Shown: piece by piece, positions 12,093 through 25,213 of the stretch
Position numbering within the stretch: position 1 is the first letter of the stretch
Layout of the letters: each line of letters starts with the position of its first letter
Source: Selaginella moellendorffii
Lineage: Eukaryota; Plantae; Lycopodiophyta
Direction of reading: 5' to 3'
Assembly: GCF_000143415.4 (NCBI RefSeq)
Contig: NW_003314262.1
Location: forward strand, 1,353,960-1,417,959
Length of the DNA stretch: 64,000 bases
Made by a program: the position numbers and the translations under genes
Notes under the pieces: model-generated
What the model saw: the letters and a program-made list of their open reading frames with translations, nothing else
Databases searched by the model: none
What the model was told of the DNA's origin: nothing

Positions 12093-15000
12093 ATGATGGG
12101 TGCTGGGTGTCGCCGCGGGCACGCGCAGGGGTTGTTCCTCTCTACGTCGCCAGGCGGCGGGGGGATCTGCCTGGGGTGTCTCGCGGAGCTTCTTGTGGAT
12201 CCATCGTCGTTCGTCACGCACAAGGCGTACGCGCTGGCGGAGCTCTCCCGGTGCCTCGAGGACGAGGAGTTTTGCGATGGATTCCTGCGCTACCACTCGC
12301 ATTTCCTCGCCGGGCCGCTGTGCCAGTCGGTGTTCTTCTGCCATGACGAGGCGCTGGCGAAGGCCACGGTGGATTTCATCCTCAGCCTCTGCCGATCTAC
12401 CGTGGAGGAGGACAGGGCGCTGCTCGACGATTTCATCACGTTCGTGTCGATGCAGCTTGGCGCCCGGTCCACGATCGTGTGGAGCAAGGGCCAGCGATTC
12501 ACGGTAGGCAATCCATTCTCTTTTCTTTTTCTTGCATCACTCGATTTCTATCTCCATTTTTCTTTGGAAGTTACACACGATGGGGCTTCTTCTCGATCTT
12601 CATAGCAAGATGGATTCTTTCGTCCCCAGCACAATCCAATTCCAGGATTTGATGGAAAACATGGTCTTGGCTCTACAACATGCCTGGTATGGTTGGCTCC
12701 TAACTATCTGAGCATGGTTGTCACTAAAAGTTCTTGTAGTGACGATATCAAAGGAGAAGTTCTTTTTCTTCTATTCAGGATCTCTAGTCTCAAAGGTGGC
12801 ATGGACAAACTTTCGAACTGGTTCCAGAAAATCATCACTCTCACAGTGGCAGTTCTCTTGAAGGCTGAGAGCGATGAAATCAGAACAAATGGTATAGGTA
12901 CGTGTTTCTTATCGGAACTCTCTTTCTTTCGCTCGCTCATGTCAGAAACTTTGTGCTTTTAAAGCTCTTCTATCTGTGCTGGCGAAGAACAGTATCTTTC
13001 AGCTGCGTAACCAAGAAAACGAATCACAGGAGAGCCAGAACAGCGATGCCGTTTCCAGTCGGGGTAATCTCGATTTCGTGACAACTTTCGCCGAAGCCAT
13101 CAAGGGGTCGCTATTGTCATCGGACCCCCAGGTCCAGTTGTCTTCGTTGCAGCTTATTTGCGCTATATGCCCGCAAGACGTTGATATCTCTAAGGAATTG
13201 GCTATTCTCGTCGAAGAAGGCATCGCGGATTACATCTTTGAGGTCCTAAGAGTATCAGGTCAGCTAATTTTATCCTTCACGTACGCGTCATCTTCTTGAC
13301 TGACCTGAGTTTTGGAAACCAGAAAGTTTATCTACTCTTGCCGTGACAGCAATCCGCGCCCTCTCTATACTCTCTGCGGCAAAACGTGTTTTCTCTCAAC
13401 GTTTAATGTTGGGGGTTGAATCTATAGTCCGTGTTCTCGAGCACTCAAGTGGAGCGGGTTTTGCTTCTGTACAGGAAGATGCTTTACAACTGCTAGCAGC
13501 TGGGCTTTCCGAGTGTCCTGGTTCTGTCAACTCCTCCAAGGCAGAACAAATATTTGCAACATTGTCCAGCATATTGCAGCAGCATGGGGATCGCGTGCAA
13601 GATGCAGAGATGGTTGAGGGGGCTATGAGCTTGTCGTCTGGCACTTACGGTGCTGCTTGCATGGCCATGATCGCGCTGCTGAATGTGCCAGGATTTGCAA
13701 GTATTTCTTCGCTTCCTCAACGTGTACTCAGTATGCTAACCAACGTAATGACGAGTATTCTCTACGACCGCTTTCTTCAGCCGAAGGCTCTTATATGCTC
13801 CCTCTTTCTGCTTCAGCATGCTTTTGTCTTCGAAGTCAAGCGTGATAGAAGGACATCAGGCTTTTTCAGTACCTTCGAAAACAAGCTCCTTCCATTTCTA
13901 GCAGAGAGAACACGAGCTTTGGAGGACGAAGTCGCAGCGGAGGCTATATTTGCGTTTTTGACTGCCGTTGTTCAGACCAAAGCTTCAGGAAACAACGCAT
14001 TGGGGATTTCAGAGAGGCTGGCAAGAGACAAGTGGTTAAGTCTCGGGTTTGCAAGCACAGGTCGCTTCAGGTCAGAGATCTTTAAGAAACGCGTACTAAC
14101 TTTCGTGGCAACAATAATCGATGCTCTTGACGAAGATGATAAAACGGACGACAGCATTTTAGCAGCGATACGTGTTTTGCCTACAGATCCTGACGATTTA
14201 CTTGCTCTACTCGAGCAGAGCGGTGCTTTTATTCCAACTGTTCACCCGGCTGTCGTCTCGATTATCTACACGAGCTACATGCATCATGACAGGTCCAGTT
14301 CTCTTTGTTTGCGTTCTCGCGAGCAATATTGATCTTTGATCTTGTGTTGCAGACTAGTTGATCAAGAGCAGCTTCTTGCTTCGCTTGAGCAGTTTGTGTT
14401 GCTCCACGCATTAAGTCTTCAGGTGCACACCAAGTGTCTGCTTCAAGTTGTCAGTCTGTACGCAATACTCAAGCAGGACTCTTCCTTGAAAGCGGTTTTT
14501 AGTGTCGAAGCGGAGTACCTGCTCGTGACGTCGATCCAACACAACGGGACTTCTGTCAGCTTGTCTGCTAAGATCCCCTTGTCCGTTCGGGACTGGATGC
14601 TTTCTCAGGAGGGACTGAAGTCGCTATGCTCGCGCCATATTTACAATCTGTTCCGTGCAGCGTCATCGTCCCAAGTCGATGCAACACCAGATCTTGAAGC
14701 ACTTTGCAGCGTAGTCGAGCATGAAAACGGCGTTGTTCTTGTCAACTCTCTACTCCACAAAGTAGCTCTGGAGAACATTGGGGACGACATGGAGATGCTT
14801 ACGACGGTGTTAAAGCGTATCTTGGAGTTGAAGGGCCAGCTTGCGAATCGGTTCCATCAGAAAGACATCATATCCAACATGCGTAATTGGTACATCCTTT
14901 GCGGCAGTAAAGTACCGGCGTCAACCTTGATTCCGTTCATTGAGCTGCTTGTTCGGCTGCTTCACACACTAACGCCAGAAAGTACGAGGAGGAAGAGTGG

Positions 15001-16263
15001 ACTGTGGCAGGACATAGTTAATCAGGTAATGTGTTTCTCTTTTTCTTTATCTTCATTTTAACATTGGATGGTTTACAGACAATGTATCTTTTTATTCGAA
15101 GACAAGACTGCTCCCAGCACAGCCTCACTATTTCCATTCTGGCTTTTCTTTGTCTGTTATGCTACCAATTTTCCTCGGGGCTGAGCTTTCTCTCCGACGC
15201 TGCTGCAGAAATATTTAACAACAAGGAGTTTTGCGCGGCTCTAACGCAGCGTGTCACTGGTTCATTGGAGGAAGACTCGTGTAATGCGGAGGATGAACAG
15301 AGCTTGTGCCTTGCTCTAGTTTTCCAGCTTTTGTGGCTACAACAGTAAGTAGTGTCTGAAGTTTGTTAATGCAGTTTTGACACCTCCGATTTGCCAGGTG
15401 TAAGAATGGAGATCTAGAGGAAACTGGAGCGCTCTCTTTCGAAAATCTATGCCGCATCATATACTCCAAGCCGGATTTGCCTCGACTTCTCGCTTTCTGT
15501 TGCCTGTCAGAGAAGTTTCGACACCTGACAGTATCGACTGCCCGCCTCGATTCTGTGTTCAATCCATCGTCCCTCAAGTCAATGCTTCTGCTGCTTCAAG
15601 GATTCGTTCTTGACGAGAACGACGTCGTCCAGATAAACGCGTCATCATGCTTGCTATCACTATTGACGAGCAAACATCTCACAGCGAAGCAGAAGCAGAC
15701 GGTTGAAGAGAGTCCCTGGTACTGTTTCTTGGCGAAGGAGATCACCCGTGAACTTTCATTATGCACCAAAGGCAGCTCAGTCGAGCCAAGGATGAAGCTA
15801 CTCATCTCACTGCTCAAGATTTCGAAGAATTACAACTGGTTTCCTTCGGCTTTCGCATCTTCGAGGATCACGTCCGTCATTTCAGCACTGCCTGGTCGTG
15901 AAGTATACTTCTGGGAGGTCTGCTTTTTCCTCGAGCTGCTTCGCATGAAGTGCCTCGAGAGCGAGCAAGTCAAGGCACTGTCCGACCATTATCAGGTAAA
16001 ACAAAACACTACTTTCCTTTTTTTTTCATTTGTATTTTCTTTTCTTTTTGTAGTCGTTTCGAAAAGCTCGCCACCAGCAGAAGAGCTTAATAACGAGTTC
16101 GGAAAAGCAGAAATCTATGGGAGGAACAGGAGCGCAAACTTTTGGTGAAAGTTTTCAAGTGATGATAGAGCTGGTGCTATCACAATGCAGTTTCGAAGTC
16201 TCAGAGACGACTGCTGTTCTTGGCAAAATCGACGAGTTCATGCGAGAGGTAGCTAAACTGTGA
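12093..16263 (+). CDS. PRD1: Meiotic double-strand-break protein PRD1 (MEI1 homologue), multi-exon
   Basis: N-terminus CxxGH...ICLGCLAELLVDP...HKAYALAELS...HSHFLAGPL matches recalled plant PRD1. GT-AG introns link the ORFs; the last exon ends VAKL* at 16263. Confidence 0.85.
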
Positions 16264-16801
16264 ACCAAGTCCTTTCTGTCAATATCTGGTAAGCAATCTC
16301 TTGGTATTTTTTTCTCTTACTTATGCTTTGCCTAGCAGTGCATACGCAACGCCTTGTGGAGAGCAACTTCACTTCTTACGCCCGAAACACGAGGCTCTTG
16401 ACTCCGATCCAGGCAAGGAACTCTTGATGCGTTTGCGTACGCTAATGCTCCCCGTAATGTATCAGATTGGTGTATTCTTCGCTTGGAAACTTCAAAACAC
16501 CGCTCTCCAAGCTTGGCTCTACCGGGTAAGGGCGTTTCGAGATTTGCATCGCAGTGGACAGAAGAAGTTATAGATCGACATCGCGGATCAATCAGGCTTG
16601 TCATGTTTCATTTTCGTTCAAGAATGCTACAGCTTGTGCAGACTACAGGGTGGTTCTCCGTGGGCCTTCATGAAATCTTGAAAGTGGAAGTTACCAATTC
16701 ATCGGTAACTGAGCTTAAACTGCGAATAGTATTGGCTTTTTCTTCTATTTGGTAGTAAACCATAAACCCTTTTTTTTTGTCCTTAGGGCTTTGTCTAACA
16801 A

Positions 16802-18603
16802 ATGGCACACCGGTGGTGGTCGCGTCTTCGCGGTGTGAGCTCCACATTCCTGGTAAGATTATCGTTTGTAAATTTCCTCCCGCTGATCATCCCTTGGGGC
16901 GCTTCTTTTCATCTAGCATAGCAATATCGCTCCAAGCAGTGCTGCCAAAGTCGGGGCGATCGCTGCTGTTACTTGGCTCTACCAAGGTCTCTATTTTTTC
17001 TTCTCTGTGCTCATGTTTTTTCTTTTCTTCCTCTCCCTCCGTAGATCCCCTCGACTGGCTCGACACTGGAATGATGATGAATCAACGCAATATCATGTGG
17101 AGTTTGCTTGGAAAGAACAGCATTGCTTATTCGGAAGACTTGAGCTTACGTCCATCAAGAGCTGAAACAGGAGATTTCCTGACACGATACACCATCGCTG
17201 ACGCCGCTGCAAAGGCTGCCCCTGGAATCGTCAACATAACTGTGGATGTTGGTAAGCACTGGATTTCTCCTAGAAAAGAGACTTCTTCTGCATTTTTCTT
17301 CCTTTCGATTCTTTGTTCTTGGCAAGTTCTAACCAGTTCTAACCAGCTGAAAACTCCAGGAATAAGGAACGTATTCATGGCAAGATCATCCGGCTCTGGC
17401 TCGATCATCCAGTCAGACGGGACCATCCTGACAAATGCGCATGTTGTTGCTGAGGCGGGAAGAGGTTCTCACTCAGGCAAGGTGTGGAAAACAAACTCTT
17501 AACCATGTTTTTCTTTTCTTTCAAGCATACGCTAACGCTTTCTATGCCGTATCGTCAGATTGTTGTCACTTTGCACGATGGACGTACTTTTACTGGCGAG
17601 CTCGTATGCTTCGACATGATAACGGATATTGCCGTGGTCAAGATCAAGTCCAAAGCACCACTACCCACTGTGAAAATTGGTTCGTCGCGAAAGCTGCGAG
17701 CAGGCGAGTGGGTGATCGCTGTAGGGAGTCCTCTACATCTCCAGAACACTGTCACTGCTGGGATAATCAGGTGACAAAGCGTTTCAGCTGCGAGTTGTAG
17801 TCTTTTAAACTTTTCCTGCTCCGGTGTTATATGCAGTGCAGTGGAAAGAAAGAGTAGCGAGATTGGTTTGCATGGTGCGACCACGGATTACATACAAACC
17901 GACGCGGCAATCAATCAGGCTTGTTATACTCGTTGATTTGCTGTGTTCATTTTTACGAATGTTGGTACAAGGTTTACAGGGTAATTCGGGTGGTCCACTG
18001 CTCAACATGGATGGAGAAGTCATTGGGATCAACACGATAAAGGCGATGGCTGCGGATGGTGTGAGCTTTGCAATCCCCATCGATACCGCTGTGAAAGTCA
18101 TGAACCAGCTCAAAAAGCACGGGTAGGCATAATCTTGTTGTGCTTGTACTCTGATTGTGATTTTGTGTTGGCAGGCATGTCGTGCGACCTTGGCTAGGAA
18201 TCAAAATGCTGGAACTCACCGAAGCAATCATCGATCAGCTCAAGGACCGAGATCCGTCGTTTCCAAACGTGTCCAAGGGTGTTTTGGTACCACAGGTAAA
18301 ATCCCATCTCTTTGGCCGTATGCTAAGCTTGACACACAGTTTGTCAGGTGATTCCTGGCTCCCCAGCTGAGAAAGGTGGCCTTCGACCAGGAGACGTGAT
18401 CGTGGAGTTTGATGGGAAGCCCATCGACTCAGTGAGCCAGGTTGGCTTGTTTCTCATACTTTCTTTACAAACTAAGAACCGAGAGTTTTCAGATTGTGGA
18501 CTTGCTGGGAGACAAAGTTGGAGTGAGTTTCAAGGTTGTGGTGAAGCGAGCTTATGGCAAGCAAGCAACTCTGATTGTGGTTCCAGAGGAAGCCACTCCT
18601 TGA
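16802..18603 (+). CDS. DEG14: Deg/HtrA serine protease with PDZ domain (DEG14/HtrA2-like), multi-exon
   Basis: Motifs GSGSII...[22 protein letters not shown]|GNSGGPL and [18 protein letters not shown]. Confidence 0.88.
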
Positions 18604-18662
18604 AGAACCAGAGGTTTTTAAAGTGAATCGAAAATTTTTGCTCTCTAGGTTTTGTGTGAACT

Positions 18663-19973
18663 ATGGCGACAGCTTTGTTCTCTTTTGGAGTGGTAGCGGA
18701 TGTCCAACACGCGGACAAAGATGACGGAAGTAAGTCTATGGTTAACAAGTTTGGAACTAATTCCTTCCTCGTCCCTCTTCTAGACTTTGAGGGCCGGTGT
18801 CAACGCTATCGCGAGGCTCCTGGAAAACTAGCACTGGCGATCTCGGATTTCAATGCGAGACAAGAAGAAATCTCGTAAGCATAGAGGGTTCCTGTCCAAA
18901 TTGTTTGCTTCTTGTTTTAATCTTCGAGTTCCAGTTTCGTTCTGACCCTTGGCGACATCATTGATGGCAACGAGAGCTTGGAGCTCACTAGAAAAGATTT
19001 TGATGTTGTCCTGAATGAGCTGAGCAAGGTAATAGTTGTTTTGGCGTCTGGTTTGATTGTTTTAGCTACGTTTCCAGTTGCAAGTGCCCGCAGATCACGT
19101 CCTGGGAAATCACTGCCTTTCACTACCGCGAGAGGTTCTCATGCAACAATTGAAGATCCCAGCTCGTTTCTACGAACGAAGTCTTGGTCACAAATGGGCA
19201 CTGGTAAAGTGTAGTAGCTTGTTTTCGCTGATATCATTTGTTCTGTAGGTGGTGCTAGATTCTATGGATCTGAGCTCAACTTGGTCATCCGACACACCAA
19301 ATTACAGAGCATGGTTTTTATATCTTCTCTTTGCTTGAAATTAATATTTGTACCTGTAGGAGACTCAAGAATTTCTCAAGTTGTTTCCCCTGGGTGACGA
19401 GAACCCGCAAATGTCCCTTTGGAACGGTGGGATTGGCGAAGAGCAAAAGAACTGGCTACGGAAAGTTTTAACTGACGCAGAGAGGTCTTGGTCGCTCTAA
19501 TATTTGCTTGTGGAAAACCGATCCATAATCTTTCCAGGCACAACGTGAAACTCATTGTTGCACAACACCATCCTTTGATACAAGGCTCAGCTCCAAGCAC
19601 GCATTTTCTCTGGAACCACAATGAAGTAAATCTCAAAAAAGCAGGCTCTCATTCAACTCTCTCTTGACTTTGTTTCGGGTGTAGATCTCGACTATGCTTG
19701 TGGAAAGTCCTGCAGTGGTTCTATTCCTGTGTGGTGAGTAGAAAATACAAGAACTCCTTACTTCGTGTTCTGATCTTTCTATCAACAGGCCATTATCATC
19801 CTGGTGGATATGCTTGTGTTTCTGGCAAGCACTTTGTTACGGTAGAAGCCATTCTGGAAGCACCAACAGGTTCTCATGCCCACGGATTTGTGAGTGTCTA
19901 CGAGGACAAGATCACGATTCATGGGCATGGAACTGTTACAAGCCGGGAGCTCCAGATCTCGGCTGCAAAGTGA
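18663..19973 (+). CDS. ADPRM: Mn-dependent ADP-ribose/CDP-alcohol diphosphatase, copy 1
   Basis: Metallophosphoesterase motifs FSFGVVADVQHAD, LGDIIDG, LGNHC, WNGGIG, HHP and GHYHPGG across short exons. Confidence 0.85.
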
Positions 19974-20073
19974 AGACTTTCATTTCTGGACTTCAAATAA
20001 TCAACTTTGATTATGAGACCTTTAGCCTGAAGCTTTCTTGTCTTGGTTTTGAGCTACAGGGAAACCCAGGGAA

Positions 20074-21426
20074 ATGGAAGATCGGTCAGAGGAGCCTCTA
20101 GCTTCGTTTGGACTGATAGCCGATGTTCAATACGGCGACAAAGCTGACATTGGTAAGACAAATGTGAGTATTTCCTTCCTTCTGATAACATATACAGTGC
20201 TTTCGCCTTCGCAGTGGCGTCCAATGGCAAGACCAGGAGATACAGAGAGGCTGCAGGAAAGCTTGCCAAAGCTATAGATTTTTTCAATCTCAAGAAGGAC
20301 GAGCTCTTGTAAGCTAGAGTTTCCAATGTCGCTGGTTGATCTAAACGATTCAATTACCAGATTCATGCTATCACTGGGCGACATTGTGGATGGGAACACG
20401 ACCAAGGAGAAAACAATGGAAGACTTTGACGTCGTTCTGGCTGAGCTTCAAAAGGTAACAAGCATTTGGGAGTCAAATCCTTTGCTTTTAATTCTTATGT
20501 CTGACACTGTAGCTCGATCTGGAAGCTGTTCATCTGATTGGAAACCATTGCTTGTCACTGCCCAGAGAGCTCCTAAAGCAGAAACTTTCGATCCCGGCCT
20601 TTTACTACCAGCGCGACTTGTGCCCGGGCTGGAGATTGGTACCATTGCATTCTCTTAAAGTTTGATAACTTTAGCGTTTTCTTTTTTATATTCTCAGGTG
20701 GTGCTGGATACGATGGATATGAGTGTCAAATGGCCCGAACACACACCAAACTATAAGGTTATTTCTCAGTTCTTCAAAGTTCGCAGCTAGAACGAACATC
20801 CTTGATCATGGCAGGAAGCTCTAGATTTCCAAAAATCCCATCCTTTTGGTGTTGATCACCCGCAAATGGCCCTCTGGAATGGAGGCATTGGCTCAAAGCA
20901 GAGAGAGTGGCTAGGCAATGCTGTCCGAGATGCACAAAGGTATGACGACGATGACCATTTCCAGTTTGTTGTCTAAAGCTTTTGTGCTTTGTGTGTAGGA
21001 GCAACACAAAGCTCATAGTTTGTGGACATCACCCAATCGTCGCTGGCTCCTCACCACCAAAGCATTTGGCCTGGAACCATCACCAGGTTAGCCAAGAAGC
21101 TTGTAAATCTTCTTTGATCATCTTGTTTGTCTTCAGATACTGTCAACGCTGCTGGGAAGTCCTGAGGTTGTGCTGTATATTTGCGGTAAGAATAACAACT
21201 TTACACACTACCATCTGTGTAATTCTCGATTTTCGCTTTTGCAGGGCATTACCATTCCGGAGGCTATGCATGTATCAATGGAAAGCATTTTGTGACGCTA
21301 GAAGCCATTCTGGAAGCACCAGAGGGATGGTGTGCCCATGGCTTGCTGAGAATTTACAATGGCTGGATCGAAATACAGGGCTATGGCAGCGTCATTAGCA
21401 GGCGTCTTCACTTTAAAAACATTTAA
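20074..21426 (+). CDS. ADPRM: Mn-dependent ADP-ribose/CDP-alcohol diphosphatase, tandem copy 2
   Basis: Motifs SFGLIADVQYGD, LGDIVDG, IGNHC, WNGGIG, HHP and GHYHSGG, with exon layout parallel to copy 1. Confidence 0.85.
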
Positions 21427-22067
21427 TTTCTATACCCGCCCATACCTGGGTTATGGGATATGTGTTTGGGCTTTTATTTACATTCTATGCAAATGAATGA
21501 AATGATTCTTATTCACCAAGGCTATTAATTCTTTTTGAGCGCATAGGTTTGCGGTGTTTTCAGATTCATGAATACAAAAGAAGCAGATTACCCATGGGTT
21601 GCTGAGAATTTACAATGGCTGGATCGAAATAGGGCTATGGCAGCGTCAAAAACATTTAATCTAATTATATATACCCACCCTCGTCACCCAGCCCTAATTC
21701 TGGACTATCGTCCATTTCCTTTTAACCTAATGTTTCAACTTTATAAGGCTCTAAAGTATTCGAATATTCTTATACAACTTTTAATTTCTTTCAATTTCTA
21801 CCAGCATCCAAATCAGCCTTAAGTAGTACTGCTTTTTGGAACTCTTCTTGAGGTTAAGAATACTCAAAATTGCGGGATTCAAGAAAGATTTCCTGAAGAC
21901 TCAAAATTTTTTTCCTAACACTCGGAAATGTTTTCTTGACTTTTATTTACATTCTATGCTAATGAATAAAATGATTCTTAATCACCAAGGCTATTAATTC
22001 TTTTTGATCGCATAGGTTTGCGGTGGATCGTTTTTCAGATTCATGAATACAAAAGAAGCAGATTACC
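21335..22067 (+). repeat. Imperfect local tandem duplication of the ADPRM2 3' end and its downstream DNA
   Basis: 21335-21440 recurs at ~21591-21680, and 21471-21592 recurs at 21940-22067. Confidence 0.85.
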
Positions 22068-22398
22068 AATGTAACTGTGTGAATGCCTGACCAGCCGCAA
22101 CTGACTGCTACAGTGAATGATGTTGCCAACAGACCGCACGTCCGCCATATAAATGCGAAAGTTGCTCAGTCCTTTTCTTGGGCTCAACTTGTCTGGATGC
22201 TGAAATTAATATTTCTGGCCGCAACAGCCAGCAATGTGGAACTTGAACTTATGATATAAAGGTCTCGTCAGGGGATTTCCTGAGCAGTATTCAAGATAAC
22301 AGGGCATTGTTAACAGCAATTCTACACAAGTCTGTTGCCCACAGTCTACAGAAGTTCTTAGCTATTCTTCTTTTAGCTATTCTTCTGGCAATAACTCA

Positions 22399-23932
22399 AT
22401 GGAGTTTCACTACTGGTCTCTGTCTATCTTCTCCCTGCTCGCAATACTAGGAACCGTCTGGTGCTTGGTGAGGATCTTGTACCCGTCAAAAAGATACAAA
22501 GGCCTACCTTGTCCAAGGATGTTTCCGGTAATTGGTCATCTTCACTTGCTCAGACGTGATCCTCATCGTGTTCTTCTCGCACTTGCTCGAGAGTTTGGAC
22601 GCTGCATGTATCTCAAGCTGGGTCAGTATCCATGCCTGGTGCTTTCTTCTGCGGAAGTCACTAAAGAAGCGCTCCAAGGCCATGACATCGCTTTCTCATC
22701 AAGGCCAGCGCTTTCAGCAGCTAGGATTTTCGGTTTCAATGGGTCAGGTGTGCTGTGGGCACCTTACGGGGAACATTTGAAAATGGTGAGGAAATTGTGC
22801 ATCTTGGAGCTGCTGACACCGAGACGGGTGGACTCTTTCGAGTCCATTCGAGCCGAAGAAAGATCGCGTTTCGTGAGTCAACTTCGCGACATTGCAAACA
22901 GGAATGAAGCTGCAGACTTGACAGCCATGCTTCTGAACATGACTCTAAATATCATGATGAGGATCGTGCTTGGGACGAGTAGCGCGACTGTAGACAAAGA
23001 AACAAGCACGGTAAAGGAACTGATCGCTGAAGCTTTTGTTAGCACAGGTGAGTTTCTAGTTGGAGACTATTTGCCTTGGCTAAGCCTGCTCGACACAAAG
23101 AAGAAATCCCGTATGAAAGCTTTGAAAGAACAGATGAGCTCCTATTTGCAGAAGCAGATTGAAGAACACCATAATCAGAATGATAAGTCCGCTGACTTCA
23201 TGACACTTATGTTACAGAGCCCAGAAATTGGAAGCAATGATGTTGCGATCAAAGCTGTGATTGCGGTAAGGACAGACAGTAGCCTTGTTTGAGCTAGCGG
23301 GCTTACAACTTGAAAAACTTCTGCAGGATATGATTGCTGGAGGAACAGACACGAGTGCTATCACTGTGGAATGGGCATTAGCTGAGCTACTGAAGCATCC
23401 AGATTTGATGGCTAAAGCACAGGAAGAACTTGACAACGTTCTAGGAAGAAAGTCTCAGGTTCAGGGGGGTCACCTTCCCAAGCTCGAATATCTTGCTGCA
23501 GTGATCAAAGAAACGCTCCGGCTCCATCCACCGGGTCCGCTGCTTATCCACGAGACAACACAAAACTGTCAGCTCAAGAACGTATTTGTACCACAAAAAA
23601 CTCTAGCCTTTATCAACCTCTATGCATTGGGCAGGGACGAGAGTACCTGGGTCGACCCTCTGAAGTTTGATCCGAACAGGTTCATAGATAAGAAAAACGA
23701 TGGCTGTGGTCACGACTTTGGAGATTACCTTCCATTTGGAGCTGGTCGACGTGGTTGTCCTGGTATGCATCTGGCACTCACAGTGGTTTCGGTTACGTTG
23801 GCGAGCTTGTTGTATGGCTTCAACTGGAAAATGCCAGACGGTATGAGCTTCGAGCATTTGGATATGAGTGAGGGAGCTGGATTCACCATTCCCCGTGCAC
23901 TTCCCTTGAAGCTTGTTCCTTTGCCTCGATAA
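22399..23932 (+). CDS. Cytochrome P450, CYP71 clan (A-type), two exons
   Basis: N-terminal TM and Pro cluster; motifs AGGTDTSA, KETLRLHPP, FDPNRF and PFGAGRRGCPG. Single intron 23266-23326. Confidence 0.95.
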
Positions 23933-24010
23933 ACATAAAAACTGCTTTGTCTCCTGATAATTAAGAGGTTAGATAATACTTAATAATAAATTGAGTTAAA
24001 AAAACGTTAA

Positions 24011-24618
24011 ATGTCAACAGTCGCGACCGGTGAGTGTCCAAAGGTGACGTACCGGTTTTACTGGAAATCATCGCAGTTCCATTCTCATCACGGAGCCTGC
24101 GAGCGAGGTTCCGGTCCAAGTCGAGGCTGCAGCAAGCGATTCACTTCACGCCGATCCTGAAAAGCAGCAGCAAGATCAAGAGCAGCAAAATCATCCGCAG
24201 GAACAGCAGCAGCATCAAGAAAAGCCAAACAAATCCGGTCACAAGAACTGTGTACCTCCAGTTCTAGTCCAAAATTTCAAGCGGCCCATCTGGAACCGCG
24301 ACGCTCACGTCGATTACCGCTCCATCTACGACCGGGACACCACTTGCGGTGTTTTCGTTGGGAAGCTCCAGCCTCCATCGCCGCCCAGGAGACCGCCACC
24401 CAAGCCGAAGAGGCAGCCGTCTCTCGTGCTCACGCAGATCACCCTCGACTACACCAAGTACGTCGATCCTCCTGCGCCGGTTGCCTTGTCTCCAAGGGAC
24501 CTCGCCGACTTTGAGGCCTCCTTCGCAACTACAAGCCCAAGAGACGTAAGTTCTTTCTTTCCCGTGCTAGAAACTTGAAAAGAAGCTTTTTTTACCTCCG
24601 CAGAAGAAAAAGAAGTAA
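24011..24618 (+). CDS. Orphan Q/P-rich protein (three exons) with an apparent 1-nt frameshift near 24079
   Basis: ATG 24011, intron GTGAGT...CGCAG, open frame 24048-24546 (ILITEPASEVPV...TTSPRD), intron 24547-24603, then KKKK*. Absent from the ORF track. Confidence 0.5.
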
Positions 24619-24621
24619 GCG

Positions 24622-25120
24622 ATGGCAAGCACCTCCGTCGACGTGAAAGAACTCCCAGCGTCGTATGTTTTCGTCGCTGATGTTCCTGGAATGAAGAACA
24701 CGGACGTCAAGGTACGCACCTTCTTTCCTTCTTGTTTTCGGGGTTTTTCGTGTTCTACGGCCGCTCGAAGTTCGTTCTTCTCGAGAGTCCTGTCAAGAGA
24801 AGGCAGTGTGTTAATCCAAACGAGAGACGCGTTACCAGGTCCAGATCGAGAACGATAGCATTCTCAAGATCAGTGGAGATCGCAAGCGCGACAATGACAA
24901 CTCTCACTACGACACCAAGTTCGTGCGGGTGGAACGATCCGCAGGGAAGTTCATGCGGAAGTTCAATCTGCCCGCAAACGCAGCTCTCGACTCCGTCTCT
25001 GCCGCATGCCAGGACGGCCTGCTCACTGTAGTAGTGCCAAAGATCCCTCCTCCTGAACCATACAAGCCCAAAACTTACGACATAAACGTCGGAGCGATGC
25101 ACCTGACCAGTCCACCGTGA
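24622..25120 (+). CDS. Small heat-shock protein, class II-like, N-terminally short
   Basis: [37 protein letters not shown] and [16 protein letters not shown]. Intron 24712-24838. Confidence 0.88.
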
Positions 25121-25213
25121 GGCAGAAATTTGTGAAAAAACAAACTTCTTCACCATTTCTTAGTCACAACTGATAACACTCCGTTTTCTCACCATTAAAC
25201 GCAAGCGTTTCAC

